A stretch of 64,000 nucleotides of DNA from an uncultured Bacilli bacterium (lineage in GTDB: Bacteria; Bacillota_I; Bacilli_A; RF39; UBA660), in assembly GCA_934141145.1 (NCBI GenBank), contig CAKPCA010000003.1:7748-71747 (forward strand), given 5' to 3'. The notes beneath the pieces are model-generated. The model did not search any database and was not told the origin of the DNA. It was given only the letters and a program-made list of their open reading frames with translations. The translations under genes were made by a program, and so were the position numbers. The stretch's first letter is position 1. Every line of letters starts with the position of its first letter. Positions 1-9,032 of this stretch are shown one piece after another.

Positions 1-500
1 TTATATATCAAGAAAAAGTTAAAATAGAAGAAAATGATAATGCTGGTACTTTGTTTGATAAATTAAGTATTTTAGGATCTAAAATGATTATTAAAGTATT
101 ACCTGATATAATAAATGGTACAAATAAAAGAATTAAACAAAATGAAAATGAAATAACATATGCTTATAACATTACAAGAGAAGAAGAACATATTTTATTT
201 AATAAAAGTACAAGAGATGTTTACAATCATATAAGAGGATTATATCCTTGGCCGGTTGGATACACTACTTTAGATGATAAAAAAGTGAAAATATATTCAT
301 CAAAAATAGGAACAAGTACGAAATATGGCGAAACAGGTGAAATAATAAATATATATAATGATGCAATAGGAGTAAAAACTTTAGATGGTGAAATACTTAT
401 TACTGAACTACAATTTGAAGGTAAGAAAAGAGTTTCTGTAAAAGATTATTTAAATGGTTTACATGACAAAAAAAGTATAATAGGAAAAAAATTTATTTAA
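1..500 (+). CDS. fmt: methionyl-tRNA formyltransferase, C-terminal part (5' end lies outside the window)
   Basis: C-terminal Fmt domain motifs (LYPWPVGYT...KVKIY...ELQFEGKKR); the frame is open from position 1. Confidence 0.75.
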   Translation, partial: IYQEKVKIEENDNAGTLFDKLSILGSKMIIKVLPDIINGTNKRIKQNENEITYAYNITREEEHILFNKSTRDVYNHIRGLYPWPVGYTTLDDKKVKIYSSKIGTSTKYGETGEIINIYNDAIGVKTLDGEILITELQFEGKKRVSVKDYLNGLHDKKSIIGKKFI

Positions 501-518
501 CTTTAAAAAGTAACAATT

Positions 519-548
519 AAACGACAATATTTATAAGTCGTTTTTTTT
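519..548 (+). terminator. rho-independent terminator after fmt
   Basis: aaacgac/gtcgttt stem followed by a T8 run. Confidence 0.6.
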
Positions 549-569
549 ATAATTAAAATGGTGATAAAA

Positions 570-1355
570 ATGAAAGTATATTTAGATTTAATATTATTAT
601 TAAATTTTTTGTTTGATTTTATATTATTATTAAGTACATCAATAATACTTAAACGAAATACTAAAATCTATAGAATAATACTTGGTTCTTTAGTTGGTAG
701 TATTACAATGCTTTCACTTTTTTTAAGAATGAATAGTTTTACATTATTTATATTTAAATTTATAGTGAGTATATTAATGATCATAACAGCATTTAATTAT
801 AAAAATATAAAATATACTTTAAAAAATATATACTATTTATATATTGTGAGCATAGTTCTTGCAGGAGCACTTTATTTTATAAGTAATAATTTTTTATACA
901 ATAATGAAGGATTTATATTTATTAAAAATAAAGTAAGTATAAATATAATATTTGCCTTAGTACTTTCACCACTAATTTTACATTTTTATATTAAGCAGAA
1001 TAAAAATTTAAAAACTAATTATAATAAGTATTTAAAAGTAGACATATATTTAAAAAATGGACAAATTATTAGTTTGAATGCATTCTTAGATACTGGTAAT
1101 AAACTAATTGATCCATATAAAAAAAGACCAATTATTTTGATTAGTAAAGATAAAATTAAAATGGATAAACAAGAAAAAATATTATTAGTGCCGTATTATA
1201 ATTTAGAAAATAATGGACTTTTAAAGTGTATAGTACCATCTAAAATATATATAGAAGGTCTTGGTTTTAAAAAGAAATTTTTAATAGGTTTATCACCAAA
1301 TATAAATATAGATGGTGTGGACTGTATTTTAAATGAAAAATTATTGGAGGGATAG
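570..1355 (+). CDS. spoIIGA: sigma-E processing peptidase SpoIIGA (membrane aspartic protease)
   Basis: multi-TM N-terminus, DTGN aspartic-protease motif (FLDTGNKLIDP), immediately upstream of sigE; ATG at 570 has a GGTGA RBS. Confidence 0.8.
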   Translation: MKVYLDLILLLNFLFDFILLLSTSIILKRNTKIYRIILGSLVGSITMLSLFLRMNSFTLFIFKFIVSILMIITAFNYKNIKYTLKNIYYLYIVSIVLAGALYFISNNFLYNNEGFIFIKNKVSINIIFALVLSPLILHFYIKQNKNLKTNYNKYLKVDIYLKNGQIISLNAFLDTGNKLIDPYKKRPIILISKDKIKMDKQEKILLVPYYNLENNGLLKCIVPSKIYIEGLGFKKKFLIGLSPNINIDGVDCILNEKLLEG

Positions 1356-1357
1356 AT

Positions 1358-2050
1358 ATGATTAAATTATTAAAAATATTATTAGGAAAATTATTTACAA
1401 AGTATAACGAATTATTTTTTGTTGGAAGTACTGATATACTTCCAGAACCACTTAGTAAAGAAGAAGAAGAAAAATATGTGGAGTTATTCCAAAATGGTGA
1501 TATGAATGCTAAAAATAAGTTGATAGAACATAATTTAAGATTAGTTGTGTTTTTATCTAAAAGATATGAAAATACAAAAGTAGATTTAGAAGATTTAGTT
1601 TCAATTGGTACAATAGGTTTAATAAAGGGTATAAATACTTATAAAAATGATAGAAGTATAAAACTTGCAACATATGTATCTAGATGTATAAATAATGAAA
1701 TACTTATGTATTTAAGAAAAAATAAAAAAAGAAATGCGGATGTATCACTTGATGAATCACTTAGTTTTGATTCAGAAGGTAATGAGTTAAGACTTGAAGA
1801 TATATTAGGTACAGAAGCAGATGTAGTAACTAAAAACTTAGAAGAAAATGATATGAGAAAAATAATGCTTAAGGAAATAGGTAAGTTAAATGAAAGAGAT
1901 AAACAGATAATGGTGCTTAGATATGGTTTATCTAATAACGATGAATTAACCCAAAAAGAAGTCGCAGAACTTCTTGGAATATCACAGTCATATATATCTA
2001 GAATAGAGAAAAAAGTAATTAGTAGAATAAGAAATATGATGAAAATCTAA
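1358..2050 (+). CDS. sigE: sporulation sigma factor SigE (pro-sigma-E)
   Basis: pro-sequence plus sigma-70 regions 2 and 4 (NLRLVVFLSKRY, SQSYISRIEKK); adjacent to spoIIGA; GGAGGG RBS. Confidence 0.85.
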   Translation: MIKLLKILLGKLFTKYNELFFVGSTDILPEPLSKEEEEKYVELFQNGDMNAKNKLIEHNLRLVVFLSKRYENTKVDLEDLVSIGTIGLIKGINTYKNDRSIKLATYVSRCINNEILMYLRKNKKRNADVSLDESLSFDSEGNELRLEDILGTEADVVTKNLEENDMRKIMLKEIGKLNERDKQIMVLRYGLSNNDELTQKEVAELLGISQSYISRIEKKVISRIRNMMKI

Positions 2051-2077
2051 AGAAAGAATAAAAACTTTCTTTTTTTG
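2049..2077 (+). terminator. terminator after sigE
   Basis: agaaag/ctttct hairpin plus T-run; no sigG follows. Confidence 0.55.
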
Positions 2078-2135
2078 TTACTATTTATTTTTATTCATAT
2101 TTGTGTTATACTTATTTCAAAGAAAGTTTTAAGAG

Positions 2136-2393
2136 GTGATTATTTTGGATACAAATACAACAAGTGTCTTTGATATATCAGATATAGATGATGTTCTAGT
2201 AGAGGATGTTATAAATGATGTTTATTCAGCATTAGAAGAAAAAGGGTATAATGCAATTAATCAAATTGTAGGATATATAATTAGTGGTGATCCAGGATAT
2301 ATATCTACATATAAAGAATCAAGAAAGAAAATATCTAAATTAGAAAGAACTCAAATAGTTGAAGTCTTACTTAGAAATTACATGAAAAAATGA
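2136..2393 (+). CDS. ireB: UPF0297 / IreB-family small protein (YrzL-like)
   Basis: 85 aa with FDISDIDD...ALEEKGYNAINQIVGYIISGDPGYI...Y signature; GTG start at 2136, alternative TTG at 2145. Confidence 0.7.
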   Translation: MIILDTNTTSVFDISDIDDVLVEDVINDVYSALEEKGYNAINQIVGYIISGDPGYISTYKESRKKISKLERTQIVEVLLRNYMKK

Positions 2394-2821
2394 GATATAT
2401 AGGTTTTGATTTAGGTACAAAAACATTAGGTGTATCAGTTAGTGATAATCTTGGTTTAATTGCAAGTGCATATAAAACTATAAGATTTAATGAAAACGAT
2501 TATGAATCTTTATTAAAAGAAGTAGAGAATGTATTAAAAGAATTTAATACAAACATAATAGTATTAGGATTACCAAAAAATATGAATAATACACTAGGTG
2601 ATGCTGCCAACAGAAGTTTAAACTTTAAAAAATTATTAGAAGATAATTTTGATGTAAAAGTAATTATGCAAGATGAAAGACTTAGTAGTGTAGAAGCCAA
2701 TAATATAATGATTAGTGGTGGTGTTACTAGAAAAAAAAGAAAAAAAAGTGTAGACTCACTTGCAGCTAATATAATATTACAGAGTTATTTAGATAAAAGA
2801 AAAGAGGATAATAATGAGTAA
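2390..2821 (+). CDS. ruvX: Holliday-junction resolvase-like RNase RuvX/YqgF
   Basis: MRYIGFDLGTKTLGVSVSD N-terminus; conserved ireB-ruvX-yrzB order. Confidence 0.85.
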   Translation: MRYIGFDLGTKTLGVSVSDNLGLIASAYKTIRFNENDYESLLKEVENVLKEFNTNIIVLGLPKNMNNTLGDAANRSLNFKKLLEDNFDVKVIMQDERLSSVEANNIMISGGVTRKKRKKSVDSLAANIILQSYLDKRKEDNNE

Positions 2822-3089
2822 AGATGAATCTTTAGTAAATAAATTTACTTATATTGATGATGATGGTAAGAAAATAGAATGTGATATATTATTTACTTTT
2901 GACTTAAAAAAGACAGGTAAAAATTATATTATATTTACAGATAATACCACAAATGAAGATGGAACAATAAGAACATATGCAAGAACATATGATCCAACTA
3001 AAGAAATATGTGATTTAGGAAATATTGAAACAGAAGAAGAATGGAAAATGGTAGAATCAATATTATCCACACTTGTAAAAAATGAATAA
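2814..3089 (+). CDS. DUF1292 / UPF0473 protein (YrzB-like)
   Basis: DDDGKKIECDILFTFD motif; synteny. Confidence 0.65.
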   Translation: MSKDESLVNKFTYIDDDGKKIECDILFTFDLKKTGKNYIIFTDNTTNEDGTIRTYARTYDPTKEICDLGNIETEEEWKMVESILSTLVKNE

Positions 3090-3092
3090 TTT

Positions 3093-3113
3093 GGAACTTT
3101 AAGTTCCTTTTTT
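3093..3113 (+). terminator. terminator
   Basis: ggaac/gttcc hairpin plus T6. Confidence 0.5.
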
Positions 3114-3127
3114 AAGGAGTAGTAATT

Positions 3128-3724
3128 ATGGAAGATATAATAAAAGAAATGGAAAAGTATGCAGAAGAAAATAGTGTACCAATTATGCAAAAAAGAGGTA
3201 TTAAGTTTTTATGTGAATTTATTAAGAAAAATGATATACATAAAATATTGGAAATAGGAACAGCTATAGGATATTCTGCAATAAGAATGGCTTTAACAGA
3301 TGAAAAAGTAACAGTAGTATCTATTGAAAGAGATCAAGATAGATATATAGAAGCAGTAAGAAATATAAAAAAATGTAAATTGGAAGATAGAATAACATTA
3401 ATATTAGGTGATGCACTTAATATAGATTTAAAAGATAAATATGATATGATTTTTATAGATGCTGCAAAAGGACAATATACTAACTTTTTTAATCACTATG
3501 AAAAAAACTTATTAGATGATGGAATTATAATAAGTGATAATATGGATTTTCATGGACTTGTTAATGAAATTGATACTATAGAAAATAGAAATTTAAAACA
3601 ATTAGTTACTAAGATAAAGAAGTATAGAGAATTTTTAGAAAATCATGAAAAATTTGATACAAAATTTTATAAAGTTGGTGATGGCATTGCAATAACATAT
3701 AGAAAGGGTATGCTAGATGTGTAA
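3128..3724 (+). CDS. SAM-dependent O-methyltransferase (YrrM/TrmR family)
   Basis: LEIGTAIGYSAIRMA and DMIFIDAAK motifs of class I O-MTases; position matches yrrM. Confidence 0.75.
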   Translation: MEDIIKEMEKYAEENSVPIMQKRGIKFLCEFIKKNDIHKILEIGTAIGYSAIRMALTDEKVTVVSIERDQDRYIEAVRNIKKCKLEDRITLILGDALNIDLKDKYDMIFIDAAKGQYTNFFNHYEKNLLDDGIIISDNMDFHGLVNEIDTIENRNLKQLVTKIKKYREFLENHEKFDTKFYKVGDGIAITYRKGMLDV

Positions 3725-4622
3725 AATAATTGTACCTTTTCCAGATGATGAAAATATTAACTTTTATCTAGAAAATGAAGCTGATGGATTTATAATAGGG
3801 ATTGAAGAATATAGTGAAAATTTTAATAGGTATATAAAATTAGAAGAATTAAAGGAAAAATGTAATTTAATACTTAATAAAAATAAAAAGGTTTATATTG
3901 GGCTTAATAAGATATATTTTAATAGTGAATTACCAAATTTAAAAAAAATATTATTAATTTTGGATGATATAAATGTATCTGGTGTGCTTTTTACTGATAT
4001 TGCAGTATTAAATATAATAAATGAAAATAATCTAAAAATGAAACCTGTATGGTATGGAAATCATTTAGCAACTAATTCTTATACTATTAATTTCTTAGAA
4101 AAAAGAGGATTAAAAGGTGTAATACTAAGTGATGAAATAACTATAGATGAAAAATTACAAATAGCAAGTAAAGTAAATATACCAGTCGCAATTAAATTAT
4201 TTGGTTATACAAATATGGCCACATCTTCAAGAAGTCTTTTAACTAATTATTTTAAATATACAAATATTAAACAAGATAGTACAAAAAAATATTATATGAA
4301 AGAAAAAAATAGTGGAGAATATTATTCTATTATTGAAAGAAAAAATACAAACTTTTTCTCAAGCAAAGTATTAAATGGGATAAAAGAATTTCCTAAAATA
4401 ATAGAAAGCAATAATGTAGATTGGATATTTTTAGATGATTATATGATAAATAAAAACTCTTTTTATAATGTTATAGAAGCTTTTAAAGCGTTAAAAATAG
4501 CTCCAAAAGATACTGAGTTTGTAAATAAATTATATGAAGTTGTGAATTGTAATAATTACGAAAATACATCAGATGGTTTCTTAAATAAAAAAACTATTTT
4601 TAAGGTGAAAAATAATGAATAA
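3717..4622 (+). CDS. peptidase U32-family-like protein (YrrN-like)
   Basis: weak similarity to the U32 family; immediately upstream of yrrO-like gene, as in Bacillus. Confidence 0.45.
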   Translation: MCKIIVPFPDDENINFYLENEADGFIIGIEEYSENFNRYIKLEELKEKCNLILNKNKKVYIGLNKIYFNSELPNLKKILLILDDINVSGVLFTDIAVLNIINENNLKMKPVWYGNHLATNSYTINFLEKRGLKGVILSDEITIDEKLQIASKVNIPVAIKLFGYTNMATSSRSLLTNYFKYTNIKQDSTKKYYMKEKNSGEYYSIIERKNTNFFSSKVLNGIKEFPKIIESNNVDWIFLDDYMINKNSFYNVIEAFKALKIAPKDTEFVNKLYEVVNCNNYENTSDGFLNKKTIFKVKNNE

Positions 4623-5820
4623 AGTAGAATTACTTGCGCCAGCTGGCGATTTAGAAAGATTAAAGTGGGCTATAATATATGGTGCAGATGCGGTATATAT
4701 AGGTGGTAAAAATTTTAGTTTAAGAGCAAATGCTATAAACTTTACATTAGATGAAATGAAAGAAGGAGTAGAATTTGCGCATGCTCATAATGCCAAGGTA
4801 TATGTTACTGTTAATATAGTATTTCATGAAGATGATATAGATGGACTAAAAGAATATTTAATGAATTTAGAAAAAATAAAAGTAGATGCAATTATTTCAT
4901 CAGATTTATTTATAATAGATTTTTTAAAAGAAAATAATATTAATTTGGAATTCCATTTAAGTACTCAGAGGTGTACTTTAAATAAGGAAGATGCTAAATT
5001 TTACAAAAAAGAAGGAGTAAAAAGAATAGTACTTGCAAGGGAATCATCAAAAGAAGACATTAAATCAATAATAGATGATGTAAAAATAGATACTGAAATA
5101 TTTATTCATGGAGCTATGTGTACATGTTATTCTGGTAGATGTATGCTTTCTAATTATATGACTAATAGAGATTCAAATAGAGGAGGATGTGCACAAGTTT
5201 GTAGATGGAATTTTGATTTATATGATGAAAATAAAGATAAAATTAATGATAATGTAGATTTTGCAATATCACCAAAAGATTTATCTTTATTAAAATTCAT
5301 TCCAGATATTATTGATCTTGGTGTTACTTCACTAAAATTAGAAGGAAGAATGAAATCTATTTATTATGTTGCAACATTAATTAGTGTTTATAGAAGAGTA
5401 ATAGATAGATATTATAAAGAAGGAAAAAATTATGTATATAATAAAAATGATGAAATAGAATTATATAGGTGTGCTAATAGAGACACTCTTCCTCAATATT
5501 TCGATAAGTTTCCAGGAGTAAATGAACAATATTATAGTGAAAGAGAAGAAAATACAAATCAAGATTTTTTAGGAGTAGTACTTGGTTATGATGAAGAAAA
5601 TAAAGAAATAATATTAGAAGAAAGAAATTATTTTAAAAAGGGCGACATAATTAATATTTTTGGTCCACATAAAGAATCATTTAATGTTACTGTAACATAT
5701 ATTAAAGATGAAGATGGTAATTTAGTAGATGTTGCGCGTCATCCTAAAGAAGTACTTAGAATACCATGTGATAAAAAAGTAGAAAAATATGATTTGTTAC
5801 GTGTTAATTTTTTAGGTTGA
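4615..5820 (+). CDS. peptidase U32 family protein (YrrO/RlhA-like)
   Basis: LLAPAGDLERLKWAIIYGADAVYIGG U32 N-terminus; Cys-rich C-terminus. Confidence 0.8.
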   Translation: MNKVELLAPAGDLERLKWAIIYGADAVYIGGKNFSLRANAINFTLDEMKEGVEFAHAHNAKVYVTVNIVFHEDDIDGLKEYLMNLEKIKVDAIISSDLFIIDFLKENNINLEFHLSTQRCTLNKEDAKFYKKEGVKRIVLARESSKEDIKSIIDDVKIDTEIFIHGAMCTCYSGRCMLSNYMTNRDSNRGGCAQVCRWNFDLYDENKDKINDNVDFAISPKDLSLLKFIPDIIDLGVTSLKLEGRMKSIYYVATLISVYRRVIDRYYKEGKNYVYNKNDEIELYRCANRDTLPQYFDKFPGVNEQYYSEREENTNQDFLGVVLGYDEENKEIILEERNYFKKGDIINIFGPHKESFNVTVTYIKDEDGNLVDVARHPKEVLRIPCDKKVEKYDLLRVNFLG

Positions 5821-5887
5821 CAAAACATAAAAAATGTAGTATTATTTTGTCATGCTTGAAATAAAGTATATAAACGAGGTGAGTTTA

Positions 5888-6358
5888 ATGGCTACAAAAC
5901 AAGAATGCTATATAACAAAAGAAGGATTAGAAGAATTAAAAGCAGAATTAGAAAATTTAACTAAGGTTGAAAGACCTGAAATAGTAAATGCTATAAAAGA
6001 AGCAAGAGCTCTTGGTGATTTATCTGAAAATGCTGAGTATCATGCTGCAAAAGAAAGACAAGGTATAGTAGAATCTAGAATTCATGAACTTGAATACTTA
6101 ATTGAACATGCTACAATAATAAAAGAAGGAACTTCAAAAGAAGTTAGAATTGGATCTACTGTTGAAATTAAGTATTTAGAAGATGATGAAATAGATGAAT
6201 ATAAAATAGTAGGTAGTACAGAAGCAGATCCATTTGAAAATAAGATATCTAATGAATCTCCAATTGCAAAAGTAATTATGGGTAAAAAAGTAAATGATAT
6301 TGTTTCTGTAGAAAGTCCAACAGGAAATTATCAAGTTCAAATAATTTCAATAAAATAA
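5888..6358 (+). CDS. greA: transcription elongation factor GreA
   Basis: canonical GreA N- and C-domains (LGDLSENAEYHAAKERQ); ATG 5888 with GAGGTGAG RBS. Confidence 0.9.
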   Translation: MATKQECYITKEGLEELKAELENLTKVERPEIVNAIKEARALGDLSENAEYHAAKERQGIVESRIHELEYLIEHATIIKEGTSKEVRIGSTVEIKYLEDDEIDEYKIVGSTEADPFENKISNESPIAKVIMGKKVNDIVSVESPTGNYQVQIISIK

Positions 6359-6377
6359 CCATTAGGTTATTTTTTTC
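6356..6377 (+). terminator. weak terminator after greA
   Basis: taacc/ggtta hairpin plus T7. Confidence 0.4.
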
Positions 6378-6406
6378 TTGATAGATACAATATTTAATAT
6401 ATAATA
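6378..6406 (+). promoter_or_regulatory. sigma-A-type promoter for the SIR2-like gene
   Basis: TTGATA, 17 nt, ATAATA. Confidence 0.4.
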
Positions 6407-6432
6407 TAATGACTAGAAAGAGGGTTAAATTT

Positions 6433-7608
6433 ATGCAGTTTCCATATAAAGTATCTAAACTTACTAAAGATGAGATAGATGTATTTAATAATTATTTTGC
6501 AAATAATAATGAATATATATTTGAAGGAGTATGGTTTAGAAGTCAAAATATAGAAAATAAAATTAATTCAGGTTACGTTGATAACACAACAAAAAGAAGA
6601 AGAACACTTCATTATAGACATACGTTTTATATAGAAAATGATTACTTAATGGTAAAAGACTCTTATATTTATTTAAGTGTTAGATTGCCATTAGATGAAT
6701 ATTATGACTATGTAAATAGTATAAAAGAAGAATTAAATAATAGTAACTATAATTTCATTAATAACGAATACAAAAAAGATGATATAGTAATTATTATTAA
6801 TGAATTTGATAAGCATCCCGAAGAGGAAAAAATAGATAATTATAAAGTAGTAGATATTATAGTAAAAAGTAATAATTTAACTAATACTAGTGATTTTTAT
6901 ACTCAAGTTTGGAAACTTCAAGTAAAAGGAATAAGAGAAAAGGATAAAAGAGGTAATCCAGAATATATAACTGATATAAGAAAGCTAGAAAAATATTTAC
7001 CAGCACAAGTAGAACTCGGATGTGGACCTAGTATAGAAGCAGGAATAATGCCACTTTATTATTTACATGAAATATATAAAGTTCAAAGACATAGTGATGG
7101 AAAGTTCTATTTTGGAAAAGATGATGATTTAATTCTTCAAATAATAAAAAAAGACAAAGATAAATTTGATGAATTTTATGAAATGATGATAATGTGCATT
7201 AAAGCAAAGCCTACATTATTTCATAAAAAATTAAAGGAAATGTATGAGAAAAATATATTAAAAGGGGATTTATTAAATAATAACTTTGATCGTTTATGTA
7301 AAAGAATAGGAATAAATGAAAAAATACTAAGAGTATATAATATTGAAAATTATTTTCCTAAAATAGAGTTTGATAAAAATATAAAGTCTTTAATATGTAT
7401 AGGTACACACGCGGATAGAAGAGGAGTACAAAAACAAGCAAGAGAAAAAGGATTAAAAATTATATATATAGATCCAGAGGGCTTCGAGACTGGTAATGGT
7501 TTTGAAGAATATTTAATAGAAGGCGCAAGTGATAATGATTTAATATTTAGAGTAAGTGCTAATTCTTTTGCTAATTTAATTGACATAAATAACATTAAAA
7601 TTAAATAA
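6433..7608 (+). CDS. SIR2-like (DHS-like NAD-binding fold) protein with an unknown 190-aa N-terminal domain
   Basis: C-terminal half carries GCGPSIEAGIMP (cf. sirtuin GAGIS..AGIP), LNNNFDRLCKRIG (cf. TQNIDxLhxxAG) and ICIGTHADRRG (cf. the GTSL motif). No obvious catalytic HG. The ORF track starts at 6409; ATG 6433 has the better RBS. Confidence 0.45.
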   Translation: MQFPYKVSKLTKDEIDVFNNYFANNNEYIFEGVWFRSQNIENKINSGYVDNTTKRRRTLHYRHTFYIENDYLMVKDSYIYLSVRLPLDEYYDYVNSIKEELNNSNYNFINNEYKKDDIVIIINEFDKHPEEEKIDNYKVVDIIVKSNNLTNTSDFYTQVWKLQVKGIREKDKRGNPEYITDIRKLEKYLPAQVELGCGPSIEAGIMPLYYLHEIYKVQRHSDGKFYFGKDDDLILQIIKKDKDKFDEFYEMMIMCIKAKPTLFHKKLKEMYEKNILKGDLLNNNFDRLCKRIGINEKILRVYNIENYFPKIEFDKNIKSLICIGTHADRRGVQKQAREKGLKIIYIDPEGFETGNGFEEYLIEGASDNDLIFRVSANSFANLIDINNIKIK

Positions 7609-7612
7609 AATA

Positions 7613-7641
7613 TTGATATATATTTTTATTTATTATATAAT
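7613..7641 (+). promoter_or_regulatory. sigma-A promoter upstream of tig
   Basis: TTGATA, 17 nt, TATAAT. Confidence 0.5.
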
Positions 7642-7670
7642 AAAAGAGATTGTTTTAAGGAGGAAGTTTA

Positions 7671-8912
7671 ATGAAAAACGTACATAAAATAGAAGTAAAA
7701 ATAGAAGGACAAAAATGGGAAGAAGCTCTAACAAAAGCATTTGAAAAAGTATCAAAAGATGTTAAAGTTGATGGATTTAGAAAGGGTAAAGTACCAAGAA
7801 ATATATTTGAAAAAAAATATGGTAAAGAATCTTTATATCCAGAAGCAGTAGATGCTGTACTTCCAAAAGCATATGAAAAGGTATTAAATGAAAATAAATT
7901 AGAACCTATTATTCAACCAACAATTGATATAAAAGAAATTGATGAAAAGCATGTAGTAATAGAATTTACAATAACTACTAAACCTGAAGTAAAAATCAAA
8001 AAATATAATGGTTTAAATGTAAAAAAAGAAAAAGTTTCAATAACTAATAAAGATGTAGAAAATGAAATAAATACATTATTACAAAAATATGCAGATGTAG
8101 AAGTAAAAGAAGGAAAGATTGAAAATGGTGATATAGCTGTTATTGATTTTGAAGGATTTAAAGATGGTGTAGCATTTGATGGTGGAAAAGGAGAAAATTA
8201 TTCACTTGAAATAGGTAGTAATACATTTATACCAGGATTTGAAGAACAATTAATAGGATTAAAATCTGGTGATGAAAAAGATATAGAAGTAACATTCCCA
8301 GAAGATTATGGTTCAGAAGAGTTAAAAGGTGCTAAAGCAACATTCAAAATAAAAGTACATGAAGTAAAAACTAAAGTACTTCCAAAAATGGATGAAGAAT
8401 TCTTTAAGGATTTAGGATTTAAAGATGTTGAAACAGAAGAACAATTAAGAGACTTAATAAAGGCAGATTTAGAAGCAAAAAAAGATTATGAACTTGAAAA
8501 TAAATATGTAGATGATTTATTGGAAGAAGTTGCAAAAAATACTACAGTAGAATTACCAGAACAATTAATTGATGAAGAAATTCATAGAATGATGCATCAA
8601 TATGAAGATAATTTAAAAATGCAAGGTATAACACTTGATATGTTCTATAAGTTTACAAATTCAGATGAACAAGCATTAAAGGATCAAATGAGAGGCGAAG
8701 CAGAAAAGAGAGTTAAATATAGATTTATGCTTGAAGAAATTGCTAGTCTAGAAAAAATAGAAATAGATGATAAAGAAGCAGAAAAAGAAATAGAAGATTT
8801 ATCTAAAAAATATAATACTCCAAAAGAAGAATTATTAAAACAAATTGGTGGTATTGAAATGATTAAATACGATCTTAAAATGCAAAAAGTATTAGATGTA
8901 ATGAAAAAATAA
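7671..8912 (+). CDS. tig: trigger factor
   Basis: DGFRKGKVPRNIFEKKYG motif plus PPIase and C-terminal domains. Confidence 0.9.
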   Translation: MKNVHKIEVKIEGQKWEEALTKAFEKVSKDVKVDGFRKGKVPRNIFEKKYGKESLYPEAVDAVLPKAYEKVLNENKLEPIIQPTIDIKEIDEKHVVIEFTITTKPEVKIKKYNGLNVKKEKVSITNKDVENEINTLLQKYADVEVKEGKIENGDIAVIDFEGFKDGVAFDGGKGENYSLEIGSNTFIPGFEEQLIGLKSGDEKDIEVTFPEDYGSEELKGAKATFKIKVHEVKTKVLPKMDEEFFKDLGFKDVETEEQLRDLIKADLEAKKDYELENKYVDDLLEEVAKNTTVELPEQLIDEEIHRMMHQYEDNLKMQGITLDMFYKFTNSDEQALKDQMRGEAEKRVKYRFMLEEIASLEKIEIDDKEAEKEIEDLSKKYNTPKEELLKQIGGIEMIKYDLKMQKVLDVMKK

Positions 8913-8976
8913 TGATGTAAAAAAAGAATGTTTAACTCTTTTTTTGTTTATATAATGTAAATAAGAAAGAAACTTA

Positions 8977-9005
8977 TTGACATAAAGGCTAGGGGGGTAT
9001 ACTAT
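8977..9005 (+). promoter_or_regulatory. sigma-A promoter for the pilin gene
   Basis: TTGACA, 17 nt, TACTAT. Confidence 0.45.
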
Positions 9006-9032
9006 AAGTAAATAGTATAGGAGAGTAGGAAA

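Noticed and set aside
2500-2700. Minus-strand ORFs in the track: 2500-2700, 2924-3190, 7350-7595, 9568-9774, 14733-14948, 17068-17313, 17334-17774, 22529-22726, 22871-23143, 26857-27063, 29249-29467, 30055-30246, 33955-34137, 34889-35089, 35688-35909, 39179-39424, 41497-42066, 42328-42513, 44573-44782, 49457-49939, 49999-50405, 54811-55008, 56665-57108, 61344-61643
   Set aside because: All lie antisense inside well-supported + strand genes. Their translations are low-complexity (F/L/S/I-rich), as expected from reading AT-rich coding DNA backwards. None has an RBS or any recognisable motif.
6409-6432. Upstream ATG at 6409 as start of the SIR2-like gene
   Set aside because: ATG 6433 has a proper GAAAGAGGG RBS, whereas 6409 sits essentially at the predicted transcription start. 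The longer form cannot be excluded.
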